Assembly: GCA_015069015.1 (NCBI GenBank)
Contig: SVJK01000003.1
Span: 6,452-70,451 of the forward strand
DNA length: 64,000 bases
DNA from: Oscillospiraceae bacterium
GTDB taxonomy: Bacteria; Bacillota; Clostridia; UMGS1810
Direction: 5' to 3'
The position numbers were made by a program, and so were the translations under genes. Positions 1 through 9,054 of the stretch are shown here, piece by piece. The stretch's first letter is position 1; each line of letters opens with the position of its first letter. The notes beneath the pieces are model-generated. The model was not told the origin of the DNA, did no database searches, and saw only the letters and a list, made by a program, of their open reading frames with translations.

Positions 1-2
1 AT

Positions 3-293
3 GATAACAGAGCACTTGTATACTACTATGGTGAACTTCTTTCTGTAGAAAATGAAAGTTTTTCAATTTCACTCATAGACTCATCTTCCACAACGAAAAC
101 GGGAAATATTGCACTGATGGCGCAGTATATGGAAGCCAGCAGCGAGAACATCTGGATTCTTGAAAAGGGTAAAAAAGTCAAAGTTAAATCACAGCAACTA
201 AGAGCACTTAAAACGTTTGCGGATCAGGGATACAAAGTCTTTATAAGGTGCAGATATTCGGATATTAGCGAAATTTGTATTTATGTTTCGTAA
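3..293 (+). CDS. 3' end of an unidentified protein-coding gene (partial; 5' end outside window)
   Basis: Frame 3 is open from the window edge to TAA 291-293 (..ENIWILEKGKKVKVKSQQLRALKTFADQGYKVFIRCRYSDISEICIYVS*). It is missing from the ORF track only because it has no start codon. No family recognised. Confidence 0.35.
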   Translation, partial: DNRALVYYYGELLSVENESFSISLIDSSSTTKTGNIALMAQYMEASSENIWILEKGKKVKVKSQQLRALKTFADQGYKVFIRCRYSDISEICIYVS

Positions 294-559
294 ATAAATA
301 TATTAACCTGAGCGGAGTTATCCGAACCGGTTTTGTAATTTGCTAATTTGAAAATTCTGGCTCTATAATAAATGTTGGGGTGTCCAACAAATAGAGCTCA
401 CAAAATTTAAAAAAGAGAGCATATTTGTTCAAAATCCGTTATAATGGAATTGACGAGAAACCATAGCGGAGGAACAGAATATGCTCTCTTGTCATTATAC
501 TAAAGATTTAGGCTCTTTGTCAGTAGTTGGGGTCAAAATTGAATAATGGAATTTTTGGT

Positions 560-600
560 GGCGGTTGCAGCAAATTTATGCAGCCGCCTTTCCAATGTTT
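560..600 (+). terminator. Candidate rho-independent terminator in the 294-696 intergenic region
   Basis: 9-bp GC-rich stem ggcggttgc (560-568) / gcagccgcc (580-588, one G-U pair), followed by an interrupted T-run tttccaatgttt. Confidence 0.4.
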
Positions 601-658
601 GATTTTTTTAAAAATCTAAAAAAATATTAAAATAAGTGTTTCCTTTTTTAAAAATATA

Positions 659-667
659 TGTTATAAT
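659..667 (+). promoter_or_regulatory. Extended -10 promoter element (TGtTATAAT) upstream of pyrH
   Basis: tgttataat at 659-667, about 40 nt upstream of the pyrH start; -35 region is weak. Confidence 0.4.
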
Positions 668-705
668 AGTAAAAATATAATTTATGGTGGAAAGGAATGT
701 GTGTT

Positions 706-1410
706 ATGGAGCCTAAATATAAAAGAATTCTTTTAAAAGTAAGTGGAGAAGCACTTGCAGGTGATGATAAAACAGGACTTAACGACAAAACCATTGGTGC
801 AATTACAGATAAAATCAAAGAATGTGTTGACCTTGGTGTTCAGATAGCGATTGTTGTAGGTGGCGGCAATTTCTGGAGAGGCAGAACCGGAGAAAACATG
901 GACAGAACAAGAGCAGACCATATGGGAATGCTTGCAACTGTAATAAATGCTCTTGCTCTTCAGGATGCACTCCTTCAAAGAGGTGTTGACACAAGAGTTC
1001 AGACAGGAATTGAAATGCGTCAGATTGCAGAACCCTACATAAGAGGTAAGGCAGTTCGTCATCTGGAAAAGGGCAGAGTTGTGATTTTTGGCTGCGGCAG
1101 CGGAAATCCGTTTTTCTCAACAGATACAGCAGCAGCACTTCGTGCGGCGGAAATTGATGCTGACATCATTTTGCTTGCCAAAAATGTTGATGCGGTATAT
1201 GACAGTGATCCTAATGTTAACAAAGATGCAAAGAAAATTGAAGCACTTTCATACATTGATGTTTTGAACAGAGGACTTGGGGTTATGGACTCTACAGCAA
1301 CATCTCTTTGTATGGATAATCACATTCCGATAAGAGTATTTGGTCTCAATGAGCCTGATAATATAAGAAAAGTTATTCTTGGTGAAGAAATAGGTACAAT
1401 AGTAAAATAA
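706..1410 (+). CDS. pyrH: UMP kinase
   Basis: N-terminus [19 protein letters not shown] and GGGNFWRG are typical of PyrH. ATG 706 is preferred over the ORF-track ATG 697 because of N-terminal homology. First gene of the classic pyrH-frr-uppS-cdsA-dxr-rseP block. Confidence 0.95.
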   Translation: MEPKYKRILLKVSGEALAGDDKTGLNDKTIGAITDKIKECVDLGVQIAIVVGGGNFWRGRTGENMDRTRADHMGMLATVINALALQDALLQRGVDTRVQTGIEMRQIAEPYIRGKAVRHLEKGRVVIFGCGSGNPFFSTDTAAALRAAEIDADIILLAKNVDAVYDSDPNVNKDAKKIEALSYIDVLNRGLGVMDSTATSLCMDNHIPIRVFGLNEPDNIRKVILGEEIGTIVK

Positions 1411-1439
1411 AAAAATTTTAAAATATGGAGGAAAAAAAT

Positions 1440-1994
1440 ATGGCAGCAAATATTAACGATTTTGAAGCAAAAATGAAAAAATCTATTTCGGTATTAAACT
1501 CAGACCTTGCATCAATAAGAGCAGGAAGAGCTAATCCGGCAATTCTTGACAAAGTTACGGTTGAATATTATGGCGTTGCAACACCTCTCACACAGATTGG
1601 TAATGTTTCTGTTCCTGATCCCAGATCAATTCTTATTCAGCCATGGGATGCAAGCATTTTGAAAGAAGTAGAAAAAGCGATTCTTGCATCTGATATAGGC
1701 ATCACACCAAACAATGACGGCAAATCTATCCGTCTCAATTTCCCACCTCTTACAGAGGAAAGAAGAAAAGAACTTGTAAAGGGAATTCGCAAAAAAGGTG
1801 AAGATTCCAAAGTCGCAATTCGTTCAATAAGAAGAGATGCAATGGATGCATTTAAAAACGACAAGAAAAACGGTGATCTTACAGAAGATGACCTTAAGAA
1901 TATCGAAAATGATGTTCAGAAACTCACAGATAAATATGTGAAAGAAATTGATACTATCGTAGCGGCAAAAGAAAAGGAAATCATGGAAGTATAA
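1440..1994 (+). CDS. frr: Ribosome recycling factor
   Basis: IRAGRANPAILDKV motif and about 185 aa length. GGAGGA at 1427-1432 precedes ATG 1440; the ORF-track ATG 1425 overlaps the RBS. Confidence 0.95.
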   Translation: MAANINDFEAKMKKSISVLNSDLASIRAGRANPAILDKVTVEYYGVATPLTQIGNVSVPDPRSILIQPWDASILKEVEKAILASDIGITPNNDGKSIRLNFPPLTEERRKELVKGIRKKGEDSKVAIRSIRRDAMDAFKNDKKNGDLTEDDLKNIENDVQKLTDKYVKEIDTIVAAKEKEIMEV

Positions 1995-1998
1995 TAAT

Positions 1999-2751
1999 AT
2001 GCTAAAATTGTTTAAAAGGAAAAATAAAGACATATTTGACAGGCTTGACACCAATAATCTTCCCAAACACATAGGTATAATTATGGATGGTAACGGAAGA
2101 TGGGCAAAAAAACGTGGCCTCCCAAGAAGTGCCGGTCACAGAATGGGGGCAAAGGTTCTTGAACAAATCACTCGTGATGCAGGACATCTTGGCATTAAGT
2201 TTCTCACAGTATATGCATTTTCGACCGAAAACTGGGTTCGCCCCAAAGATGAAGTTGATGCACTTATGAAACTTATGACAGAATATCTCGATGATTATCG
2301 CAGGCTTATTGGTGATGATGATATTCGCATAAGGATAATCGGATCAAAAGAAGGTCTTTCGGAGGAGATTCTTCAAAAGATTGATGTTGTGGAAAATGCC
2401 ACAAAAGATAATCGTGCAATAACTTTGAATATTGCTCTTAATTATGGGGGCAGAGATGAAATTGTTCAGAGTGTAAGAAAAATAGGACATATGATAAAAT
2501 CCGGTGATATCGATCCTGACTTGATTGATGAAAAACTCATATCTGAAAATCTATATACCAATTATATGCCTGATCCTGACTTTATTATCCGTCCAAGTGG
2601 TGAAATGCGTCTTAGCAATTTCCTTATATGGCAAAGTGCATATAGTGAATTTTGGTATTCAGACATAAATTGGCCTGATTTTACCAGAAATGATTTAATA
2701 AGGTCTATAGTTGATTTTCAAAAGAGAAACAGACGTTTTGGAGGTGTCTGA
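1999..2751 (+). CDS. uppS: Undecaprenyl (isoprenyl) diphosphate synthase
   Basis: IIMDGNGRWA and RLSNFLIWQSAYSEF cis-prenyltransferase motifs. Confidence 0.95.
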   Translation: MLKLFKRKNKDIFDRLDTNNLPKHIGIIMDGNGRWAKKRGLPRSAGHRMGAKVLEQITRDAGHLGIKFLTVYAFSTENWVRPKDEVDALMKLMTEYLDDYRRLIGDDDIRIRIIGSKEGLSEEILQKIDVVENATKDNRAITLNIALNYGGRDEIVQSVRKIGHMIKSGDIDPDLIDEKLISENLYTNYMPDPDFIIRPSGEMRLSNFLIWQSAYSEFWYSDINWPDFTRNDLIRSIVDFQKRNRRFGGV

Positions 2752-2757
2752 TTACAA

Positions 2758-3579
2758 ATGCTTAAACAGAGAGTTATTTTTGGGTTTCTTGGCGCAGTTT
2801 TAGCCGTTATGGTATTAACACTTTGTCCTGCGTATATAATAGGAATATGCATCGGAATAATAGAACTTATTGCATTATATGAATTTTTCTCGGTTACAGG
2901 ATTAAAAGAGAAAAAGACGCCGGCAGTGTGGATAGGGGTTTTGTTTTCTGTCGTATCAACAGTTTTCGTGATTTTAAAATCAGAAAAGTCCCTTGATCTC
3001 ATATATCCGTCAATTTTAGGTTTTACATTTATACTCATGCTTATGATGGTGTTTTTTCACAGCAGATGCAAATTTTCCGATTGTGCAACTATTTTTTTAG
3101 GAACAATATATATAACCTTGTTCTTTTTGCATATTCAAATGATTCGACAGATGGATTATGGTAAAATTCTTGTATGGGTACTTTTCATTTCTGCATGGGC
3201 TACAGATACATTTGCCTACTTTTCCGGTCTGACTCTCGGAAAGCACAAACTTTGTCCGACAATCAGTCCTAAAAAAACCATAGAGGGTTCAGTTGGTGGA
3301 ATCATCGGATGTATCATATGTGTTGAACTTTATGTGTGGATAATATCATCTGTGAATAATATTGGTTTTAGTTGGATAAATGCAGGTATATGTGCAATTA
3401 TTGCGTCTTTTATATCTCAGATAGGAGATCTTGCGGCAAGTTGTATCAAGCGTGAACACGGAGCAAAGGATTACGGTAATCTGATACCGGGACACGGTGG
3501 AGTTATGGACAGATTTGATTCTGTTCTCTTCATAGCCCCTGTTGTATATTATCTTATTAAATATCTTCCTATCTTTTAA
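2758..3579 (+). CDS. cdsA: Phosphatidate cytidylyltransferase
   Basis: Multi-TM protein with the C-terminal signature SCIKREHGAKDYGNLIPGHGGVMDRFDS. Confidence 0.9.
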   Translation: MLKQRVIFGFLGAVLAVMVLTLCPAYIIGICIGIIELIALYEFFSVTGLKEKKTPAVWIGVLFSVVSTVFVILKSEKSLDLIYPSILGFTFILMLMMVFFHSRCKFSDCATIFLGTIYITLFFLHIQMIRQMDYGKILVWVLFISAWATDTFAYFSGLTLGKHKLCPTISPKKTIEGSVGGIIGCIICVELYVWIISSVNNIGFSWINAGICAIIASFISQIGDLAASCIKREHGAKDYGNLIPGHGGVMDRFDSVLFIAPVVYYLIKYLPIF

Positions 3580-3598
3580 TTAAAAGGTGATACTTTCG

Positions 3599-4738
3599 AT
3601 GAAAAATATATCAATTCTGGGTTCTACGGGTTCAATAGGTACTCAAGCGTTAGAAGTTGCTGATATTTGCGGTGACGTTTGTATCAAGGGGCTTTCTGCC
3701 AACTCAAACGTTGAACTTCTTGAAAAACAGATAAGAAAATACAGACCTGAGAAGGCTTGTATTATGAATGAAAAACTTTATCCTGAATTAAAGAATAAAG
3801 TATCTGACACATCAACAAAAATAGTGTCAGGGATAGAAGGACTTTGTGAAGTTGCATGTATTAATGATACAGAAAGTGTTCTGACATCTGTTGTTGGAAA
3901 TATTGGTTTATTACCAACGGTTGAAGCCATAAATGCAGGAAAAAATATTCTTCTTGCAAATAAGGAAACCCTTGTTACGGCAGGAAGTATAATTATGCCT
4001 ATGGCAAAAGAGAAAAACATAAAAATTTTGCCTGTAGACAGTGAACATAGTGCAATATTTCAGTGCATTCAGGGTGCTGGAGATAATAAAATATCAAAAA
4101 TTCTTCTAACAGCATCCGGCGGACCATTTTTTGGAATGAAAAAAGAAGAACTTAAAACAAAAAGGGCATCTGATGCCCTCAAACATCCAAACTGGACAAT
4201 GGGTGCCAAAATAACAATAGACAGTTCCACTCTTATGAATAAGGGACTGGAAGTTATTGAGGCGTGCTGGCTTTTTGATGTGTCTTATGAAAAAATTGAG
4301 GTGTATGTTCACCGTCAGAGCATTGTTCATTCTATGGTTGAGTTTGAAGATAATTCGGTTATTGCCCAACTTGGAATTCCTGATATGAAACTTCCGATAG
4401 TTTATGCAATAAACTATCCCAAGCGAAAAACTCAGGTCAGTGAAAAACTCAATCTCTTTGAAGTTGGAACATTAACATTCGAAAAAGCAGATACAGAAAC
4501 ATTTGAATGTCTTTCTCTTGCCTACAGGGCAATCAGAGAAGGGGGTACTATGCCTGCTGTTATGAATGCTGCAAACGAAATTGCTGTTGAAAAGTTTCTT
4601 TTGGGTGAGATTGGATTTCTTGACATTCCTGAAATTATAAAGCAGACAATGAACGCACACACACTTGTTTCGGACATTTCTATTTCGGATATCCAAAACG
4701 CTGACACATGGGCAAGAGAGTACGGCAAGACTTTATAA
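3599..4738 (+). CDS. dxr: 1-deoxy-D-xylulose 5-phosphate reductoisomerase
   Basis: ILGSTGSIGTQ, DSEHSAIFQC and HPNWTMGAKITIDS motifs. ATG 3599 follows an AAAGGTGA RBS; the ORF-track GTG 3587 lies inside that RBS. Confidence 0.95.
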   Translation: MKNISILGSTGSIGTQALEVADICGDVCIKGLSANSNVELLEKQIRKYRPEKACIMNEKLYPELKNKVSDTSTKIVSGIEGLCEVACINDTESVLTSVVGNIGLLPTVEAINAGKNILLANKETLVTAGSIIMPMAKEKNIKILPVDSEHSAIFQCIQGAGDNKISKILLTASGGPFFGMKKEELKTKRASDALKHPNWTMGAKITIDSSTLMNKGLEVIEACWLFDVSYEKIEVYVHRQSIVHSMVEFEDNSVIAQLGIPDMKLPIVYAINYPKRKTQVSEKLNLFEVGTLTFEKADTETFECLSLAYRAIREGGTMPAVMNAANEIAVEKFLLGEIGFLDIPEIIKQTMNAHTLVSDISISDIQNADTWAREYGKTL

Positions 4739-4761
4739 TATCAATTTTGAGGTGAGAGATT

Positions 4762-5781
4762 TTGTTGACTGTATTATGGGCAGTAGCAATATTTTGCATA
4801 ATAATTTTCATACATGAATTTGGACATTTTATAACTGCAAAACTGTCCGGTATGACAGTACACGAGTTTTCCATTGGCATGGGACCAAAAGTTTTTGGCA
4901 TAAACGGAAAGAAAACAAAGTATTCATTAAGAATTCTTCCCCTTGGAGGATATGTTAAGCTTGAAGGCGAAGATGGTGAGTCTGATGACTCAAATGCATT
5001 TTGCAACAAATCATGGATCAGCCGTTTTCTGGTTTTGTTTTCCGGTGCACTTATGAATATAATTCTTGGGTTTCTTATCTTTGCAATAGTGTATTCATCA
5101 GGAGTCAGCGTTGCTTCAAATACTATTGCAAAAGTTGTTGAAGAATCCCCTCTTGACAATGCAGGGCTTATGGCAGGTGATAAAATAGTCAAACTTGAAG
5201 GGGAAAAATATTCTACATCTGTACACACTTTCAATGATATTAATCTCTTTGTTTCTGTAAATGGTGAAAGTTTAGCAAAGGTCACTTTTGAAAGAGACGG
5301 GAAGAAATATACAAAAAGCCTTACACCTTTTTTTGACGAAAAAGAAAACCGTGTTATTTTAGGAATGAATCCGGCACCGACAAAAAAAGGGTTTACGGGT
5401 GTTTTGTATCTTGCTTTTTGGGAATGTGTTTTTGTTATCAAATCTGTTTTTCTTTCTCTTTGGTGGCTGATAACGGGAGTTGTTCCTGCGTCCTCCGTAT
5501 CAGGTCCTGTCGCAATTATAGGAGAGATAGGAACAGCCGCAAAATACGGGTGGAGAACTGTGGTGAATTTTGCAGGTTTTATATCTGTTAATCTTGGTGT
5601 TATGAATCTTTTGCCGATACCTGCACTAGACGGCGGAAGGATACTGTTTTTAATTATTGAAAAGATTCGTGGTAAAGCTATGAATCCTGAAAAAGAGGGT
5701 GCAATAAATTTCATTTTCTTTGCTATCCTCATACTGTTTATGTTACTTGTAACTTTTAGTGACATAAAAAGAATTTTTTAA
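4762..5781 (+). CDS. rseP: RIP (site-2) zinc metalloprotease, RseP/RasP family
   Basis: HEFGH motif in the first TM segment, a central PDZ-like region and an LLPIPALDGG motif. TTG start follows a GAGGTGA RBS. Confidence 0.9.
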   Translation: MLTVLWAVAIFCIIIFIHEFGHFITAKLSGMTVHEFSIGMGPKVFGINGKKTKYSLRILPLGGYVKLEGEDGESDDSNAFCNKSWISRFLVLFSGALMNIILGFLIFAIVYSSGVSVASNTIAKVVEESPLDNAGLMAGDKIVKLEGEKYSTSVHTFNDINLFVSVNGESLAKVTFERDGKKYTKSLTPFFDEKENRVILGMNPAPTKKGFTGVLYLAFWECVFVIKSVFLSLWWLITGVVPASSVSGPVAIIGEIGTAAKYGWRTVVNFAGFISVNLGVMNLLPIPALDGGRILFLIIEKIRGKAMNPEKEGAINFIFFAILILFMLLVTFSDIKRIF

Positions 5782-5828
5782 GCGTTGTTGTTTCAAAGGA
5801 TTTGACTAATACAAAGGAGAAAAAGATT

Positions 5829-6401
5829 ATGGAACTTTTAAAAGACAGAATTATGAAGGACGGTAAAGTCAGAAAGGGAAACGTATTAAAGGTTGATTCT
5901 TTTCTCAATCATCAGATGGATATAAAGCTTTTTGAAGAAATCGGAAAAGAGTTTAAACGTCGTTTTTCAGATTGTGATATAACCAAAATTCTTACAATAG
6001 AGTCATCCGGTATTGGCATTGCCTGCATTGCTGCACAGTCTTTTGGTGTTCCGGTTGTTTTTGCAAAAAAGAATACAACCAAAAATATTGATGGTGCACT
6101 GTATTCCGCACAAATAGAATCCTTTACACATGGAAAGACATATAATGTAATTGTATCAAGAGACTATCTTAAACCTGAAGATAATATACTTATTATTGAT
6201 GATTTTCTTGCGAAAGGAAAAGCTCTTGTAGGTCTTTCTCAGATAGTGAAAAAATCCGGAGCAACTCTTTGCGGTGCCGGTATTGTAATTGAAAAAGGTT
6301 TTCAGGAGGGCGGAAAGATCCTTCGCGATGCAGGTATGAGAATAGAATCTTTGGCAATAATTAAAGAAATGACTGACGATGGCAAGATTATTTTTGAATA
6401 A
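5829..6401 (+). CDS. xpt: Xanthine phosphoribosyltransferase
   Basis: Colinear with Bacillus Xpt as remembered (VLKVDSFLNHQ, TIESSGI, IIDDFLAKG). AGGAGA RBS precedes ATG 5829; the ORF-track TTG 5802 is probably upstream of the true start. Confidence 0.9.
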   Translation: MELLKDRIMKDGKVRKGNVLKVDSFLNHQMDIKLFEEIGKEFKRRFSDCDITKILTIESSGIGIACIAAQSFGVPVVFAKKNTTKNIDGALYSAQIESFTHGKTYNVIVSRDYLKPEDNILIIDDFLAKGKALVGLSQIVKKSGATLCGAGIVIEKGFQEGGKILRDAGMRIESLAIIKEMTDDGKIIFE

Positions 6402-6454
6402 TTATTAATTGTAGAATATAATTTTTATTAATAATATAAAATAGTATTATGTAT

Positions 6455-6497
6455 GCAGATTTTGTAAGCATTTCCACTACAAAATCTGCTTGCTTTT
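6455..6497 (+). terminator. Rho-independent terminator after xpt
   Basis: 12-bp perfect stem gcagattttgta (6455-6466) / tacaaaatctgc (6478-6489), followed by ttgctttt. Confidence 0.75.
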
Positions 6498-6557
6498 GCG
6501 CATCTTGTTGCATTTTCTACATAAAGCAAAAAAATACTTTTAATTACATAAAATATC

Positions 6558-6566
6558 TGATATAAT
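6558..6566 (+). promoter_or_regulatory. Extended -10 promoter element (TGaTATAAT) for rnj
   Basis: ctgatataat with TATAAT at 6561-6566. Implies a 5' UTR of about 205 nt before the rnj GTG at 6779. Confidence 0.45.
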
Positions 6567-6778
6567 GTGATAAGTTGCCTTGTTCGGATATTTTAGTGCA
6601 GTATGACTTTAGCATCTGTTGTCTCAAACAGATTAATTTTTAGACTTTCAATTAATTGAACTTGAATGGCTTTAAACAGACATAATAATTGTCTGAAAAA
6701 CGTAACTAAGGTTTTGGAAATGATATTTCTAATGCCAGATTTTATATGTACGGAAAATAATATATGGAGGTATAGTAA

Positions 6779-8440
6779 GTGGCAAAAAAATCAAAATTGA
6801 AAATTATTCCGCTGGGCGGTCTCAATGAAATCGGAAAAAATATGACCGTCTTTTCTTACGGCAACGATATGATTATCGTTGATTGCGGTATGGCTTTCCC
6901 TGATGAAGATATGCTTGGGATAGATATTGTAATACCGGATTTTTCTTTCGTAGTAAAAAATGCGGATAAAATCAGAGGAGTTGTCTTAACTCATGGTCAC
7001 GAGGACCATATTGGCGGGCTCCCGTATCTTTTAAAAGAACTAAATGTGCCCATATATGGCACAAATCTGACAATCGGACTTGTTCAGAACAAACTTAAAG
7101 AACACAATCTTCTTTCCACAACCAAACTAAAGAGAGTTATGCCCGGAGATACAGTGACTCTCAGTTCATTTAAGGTTGAATTTATTCGTTCGAATCATTC
7201 CATTCCGGATGCGGTTGCTCTTGCAATTCATACACCTGTTGGTGTTGTATTGCATACAGGAGACTTTAAAATAGACACAACACCGATTCAGGGAGAAATG
7301 ATAGACCTTGCAAGAATAGGAGAACTTGGCAAAAAAGGTGTTCTTGCGCTTATGAGCGACAGTACAAATGCTGAACGCTCAGGATTTACGATGTCTGAAA
7401 GAACAGTTGGATCAACGTTGGAAAATGTATTCAAATCAACAAAATCGAGAATTATTGTTGCTACATTTGCTTCAAATGTTCACAGAATTCAGCAAATAAT
7501 AAATGCTGCTGCAAATAATGGCAGAAAAATTGCAGTTTCAGGGAGAAGTATGCTGAATCTTCTTGAGGTTGCAACTGAACTTGGATATATGAAAATTCCT
7601 GCCAATACACTCATTGATATTGACGATATCAAAAAGTATAAGCCCCATCAACTCACAATTATAACGACAGGCAGTCAGGGAGAACCTATGAGTGCTTTGT
7701 ACAGAATGGCATATGCTGAACATAAAAAAGTTGAAATCGGTGAAGGGGATCTTGTTGTGATTTCGGCAAATCCGATTCCGGGAAACGAAAAACTTGTGGC
7801 AAATGTTATTAATGAACTATATAAAAAAGGTGCTGATGTATTTAATGATCCTGCAAGCGTACATGTATCCGGACATGCTTGTCAGGAAGAATTAAAGATG
7901 ATTCTCGGACTTGCAAAACCAAGATATTTCATACCTGTTCACGGAGAGTATAAGCATCTCAAAACCCACGCAGATCTTGGTGCTATGATGGGAATCAGAA
8001 GAAAAGACATATTTATTATGGAACTTGGAAAAGTTCTGGAACTTACAAAAGACAGTGCAAAGTGTGCAGAGAATGTTCAGGCAGGTCTTGTTATGGTTGA
8101 CGGTCTCGGAGTAGGGGATGTTGGTAATATTGTCCTTCGTGACAGAAAACATCTTGCAGAAGACGGACTCATCGTTATTGTTGTCACAATATCATCAGAA
8201 ACAGGAAACGTTGTTGCAGGTCCTGATATTATTTCCAGAGGATTTGTATACGTAAGAGAATCAGAAAGTCTGATGGATGATATCAGGACAATAGCAAGAA
8301 AGGCTTTGGATGCAAGCGAAAAGAACCGTGTCAGAGAATGGACAACACTAAAAAATGCTATGAAATCCAGGGTTTCTGAATATCTTTATCAGGAAACAAA
8401 ACGAAAACCCATGATTCTTCCTGTAATTATGGAAGTCTGA
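6779..8440 (+). CDS. rnj: Ribonuclease J
   Basis: HGHEDHIGG metallo-beta-lactamase motif, beta-CASP architecture, 553 aa. GTG start lies 8 nt after GGAGG (6766-6770). Confidence 0.95.
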   Translation: MAKKSKLKIIPLGGLNEIGKNMTVFSYGNDMIIVDCGMAFPDEDMLGIDIVIPDFSFVVKNADKIRGVVLTHGHEDHIGGLPYLLKELNVPIYGTNLTIGLVQNKLKEHNLLSTTKLKRVMPGDTVTLSSFKVEFIRSNHSIPDAVALAIHTPVGVVLHTGDFKIDTTPIQGEMIDLARIGELGKKGVLALMSDSTNAERSGFTMSERTVGSTLENVFKSTKSRIIVATFASNVHRIQQIINAAANNGRKIAVSGRSMLNLLEVATELGYMKIPANTLIDIDDIKKYKPHQLTIITTGSQGEPMSALYRMAYAEHKKVEIGEGDLVVISANPIPGNEKLVANVINELYKKGADVFNDPASVHVSGHACQEELKMILGLAKPRYFIPVHGEYKHLKTHADLGAMMGIRRKDIFIMELGKVLELTKDSAKCAENVQAGLVMVDGLGVGDVGNIVLRDRKHLAEDGLIVIVVTISSETGNVVAGPDIISRGFVYVRESESLMDDIRTIARKALDASEKNRVREWTTLKNAMKSRVSEYLYQETKRKPMILPVIMEV

Positions 8441-8460
8441 TAAGGGTTAGAGGGATACAA

Positions 8461-9036
8461 ATGAAAATCAAAAATACTGCTATGGCAATCCTTGGAAGTG
8501 CAATACTTGCATTTGGGCTGTATAACATCCATAATGTTTCTTCCATTACAGAGGGCGGAGTTCTTGGAGCAAGTCTTCTTTTTGAGAACTGGTTCAGTAT
8601 AACTCCTGCAATATCTTCCTTTGTTATGAATCTGATATGTTATTGTATCGGGGCAAAAATTTTGGGGAGAGAATTTGTGTTGTACTCTTTGGTTTCAGCA
8701 ATATTCTTTTCTGTATTTTATGCTTTGTGTGAATGGATTGGGCCTGTTTTCCCAGGGATTTCTGATTACAAAATATTATGTGCAATTCTCGGAAGCATTT
8801 TTGTCGGAGCAGGTGTTGGAATATGTGTAAGAGTTCAGGCAGCACCCAGCGGTGATGATGCTTTGGCACTTAGTCTTTCAAAACTTTGCAAAATTAAAAT
8901 TGAAACAGTATATATCATAAGTGATATTATTGTTTTACTTCTTTCTCTCACATATATTCCGATTAGCGAAATATGGTATTCTTTCATAACAATTTTTCTT
9001 TCCGGAAAAATAATCGGATATATTCAAAGAATGTAA
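8461..9036 (+). CDS. YitT-family-like integral membrane protein (short form, no C-terminal soluble domain)
   Basis: 191 aa with 5-6 predicted TM helices. The N-terminal region AILGSAILAFGLYNIHNVSSITEGGVLGASLL resembles the YitT membrane domain. Confidence 0.5.
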   Translation: MKIKNTAMAILGSAILAFGLYNIHNVSSITEGGVLGASLLFENWFSITPAISSFVMNLICYCIGAKILGREFVLYSLVSAIFFSVFYALCEWIGPVFPGISDYKILCAILGSIFVGAGVGICVRVQAAPSGDDALALSLSKLCKIKIETVYIISDIIVLLLSLTYIPISEIWYSFITIFLSGKIIGYIQRM

Positions 9037-9054
9037 TTTAAGGAGAATTTAATA

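Noticed and set aside
294-696. Possible T-box leader (AGAGA, CCGTTA and GGTGG strings followed by a terminator)
   Set aside because: The sequence after GGTGG is CGGTTGC, not the conserved NACCGCG. No specifier-loop or Stem I architecture could be drawn. The downstream gene (pyrH) is not an aminoacyl-tRNA-related gene.
4680-5765. 361-aa minus-strand ORF covering almost the whole rseP gene
   Set aside because: Shadow ORF antisense to a gene with unmistakable HEFGH/PDZ protease features. Its translation is low-complexity (S/P/I/F-rich) with no recognisable motif and no RBS.
5782-5828. Expected guanine/purine riboswitch upstream of xpt
   Set aside because: Only about 47 nt separate rseP from the xpt start, which is too short for a G-box aptamer. 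No three-way junction is present, so xpt appears to be read through from the upstream operon.
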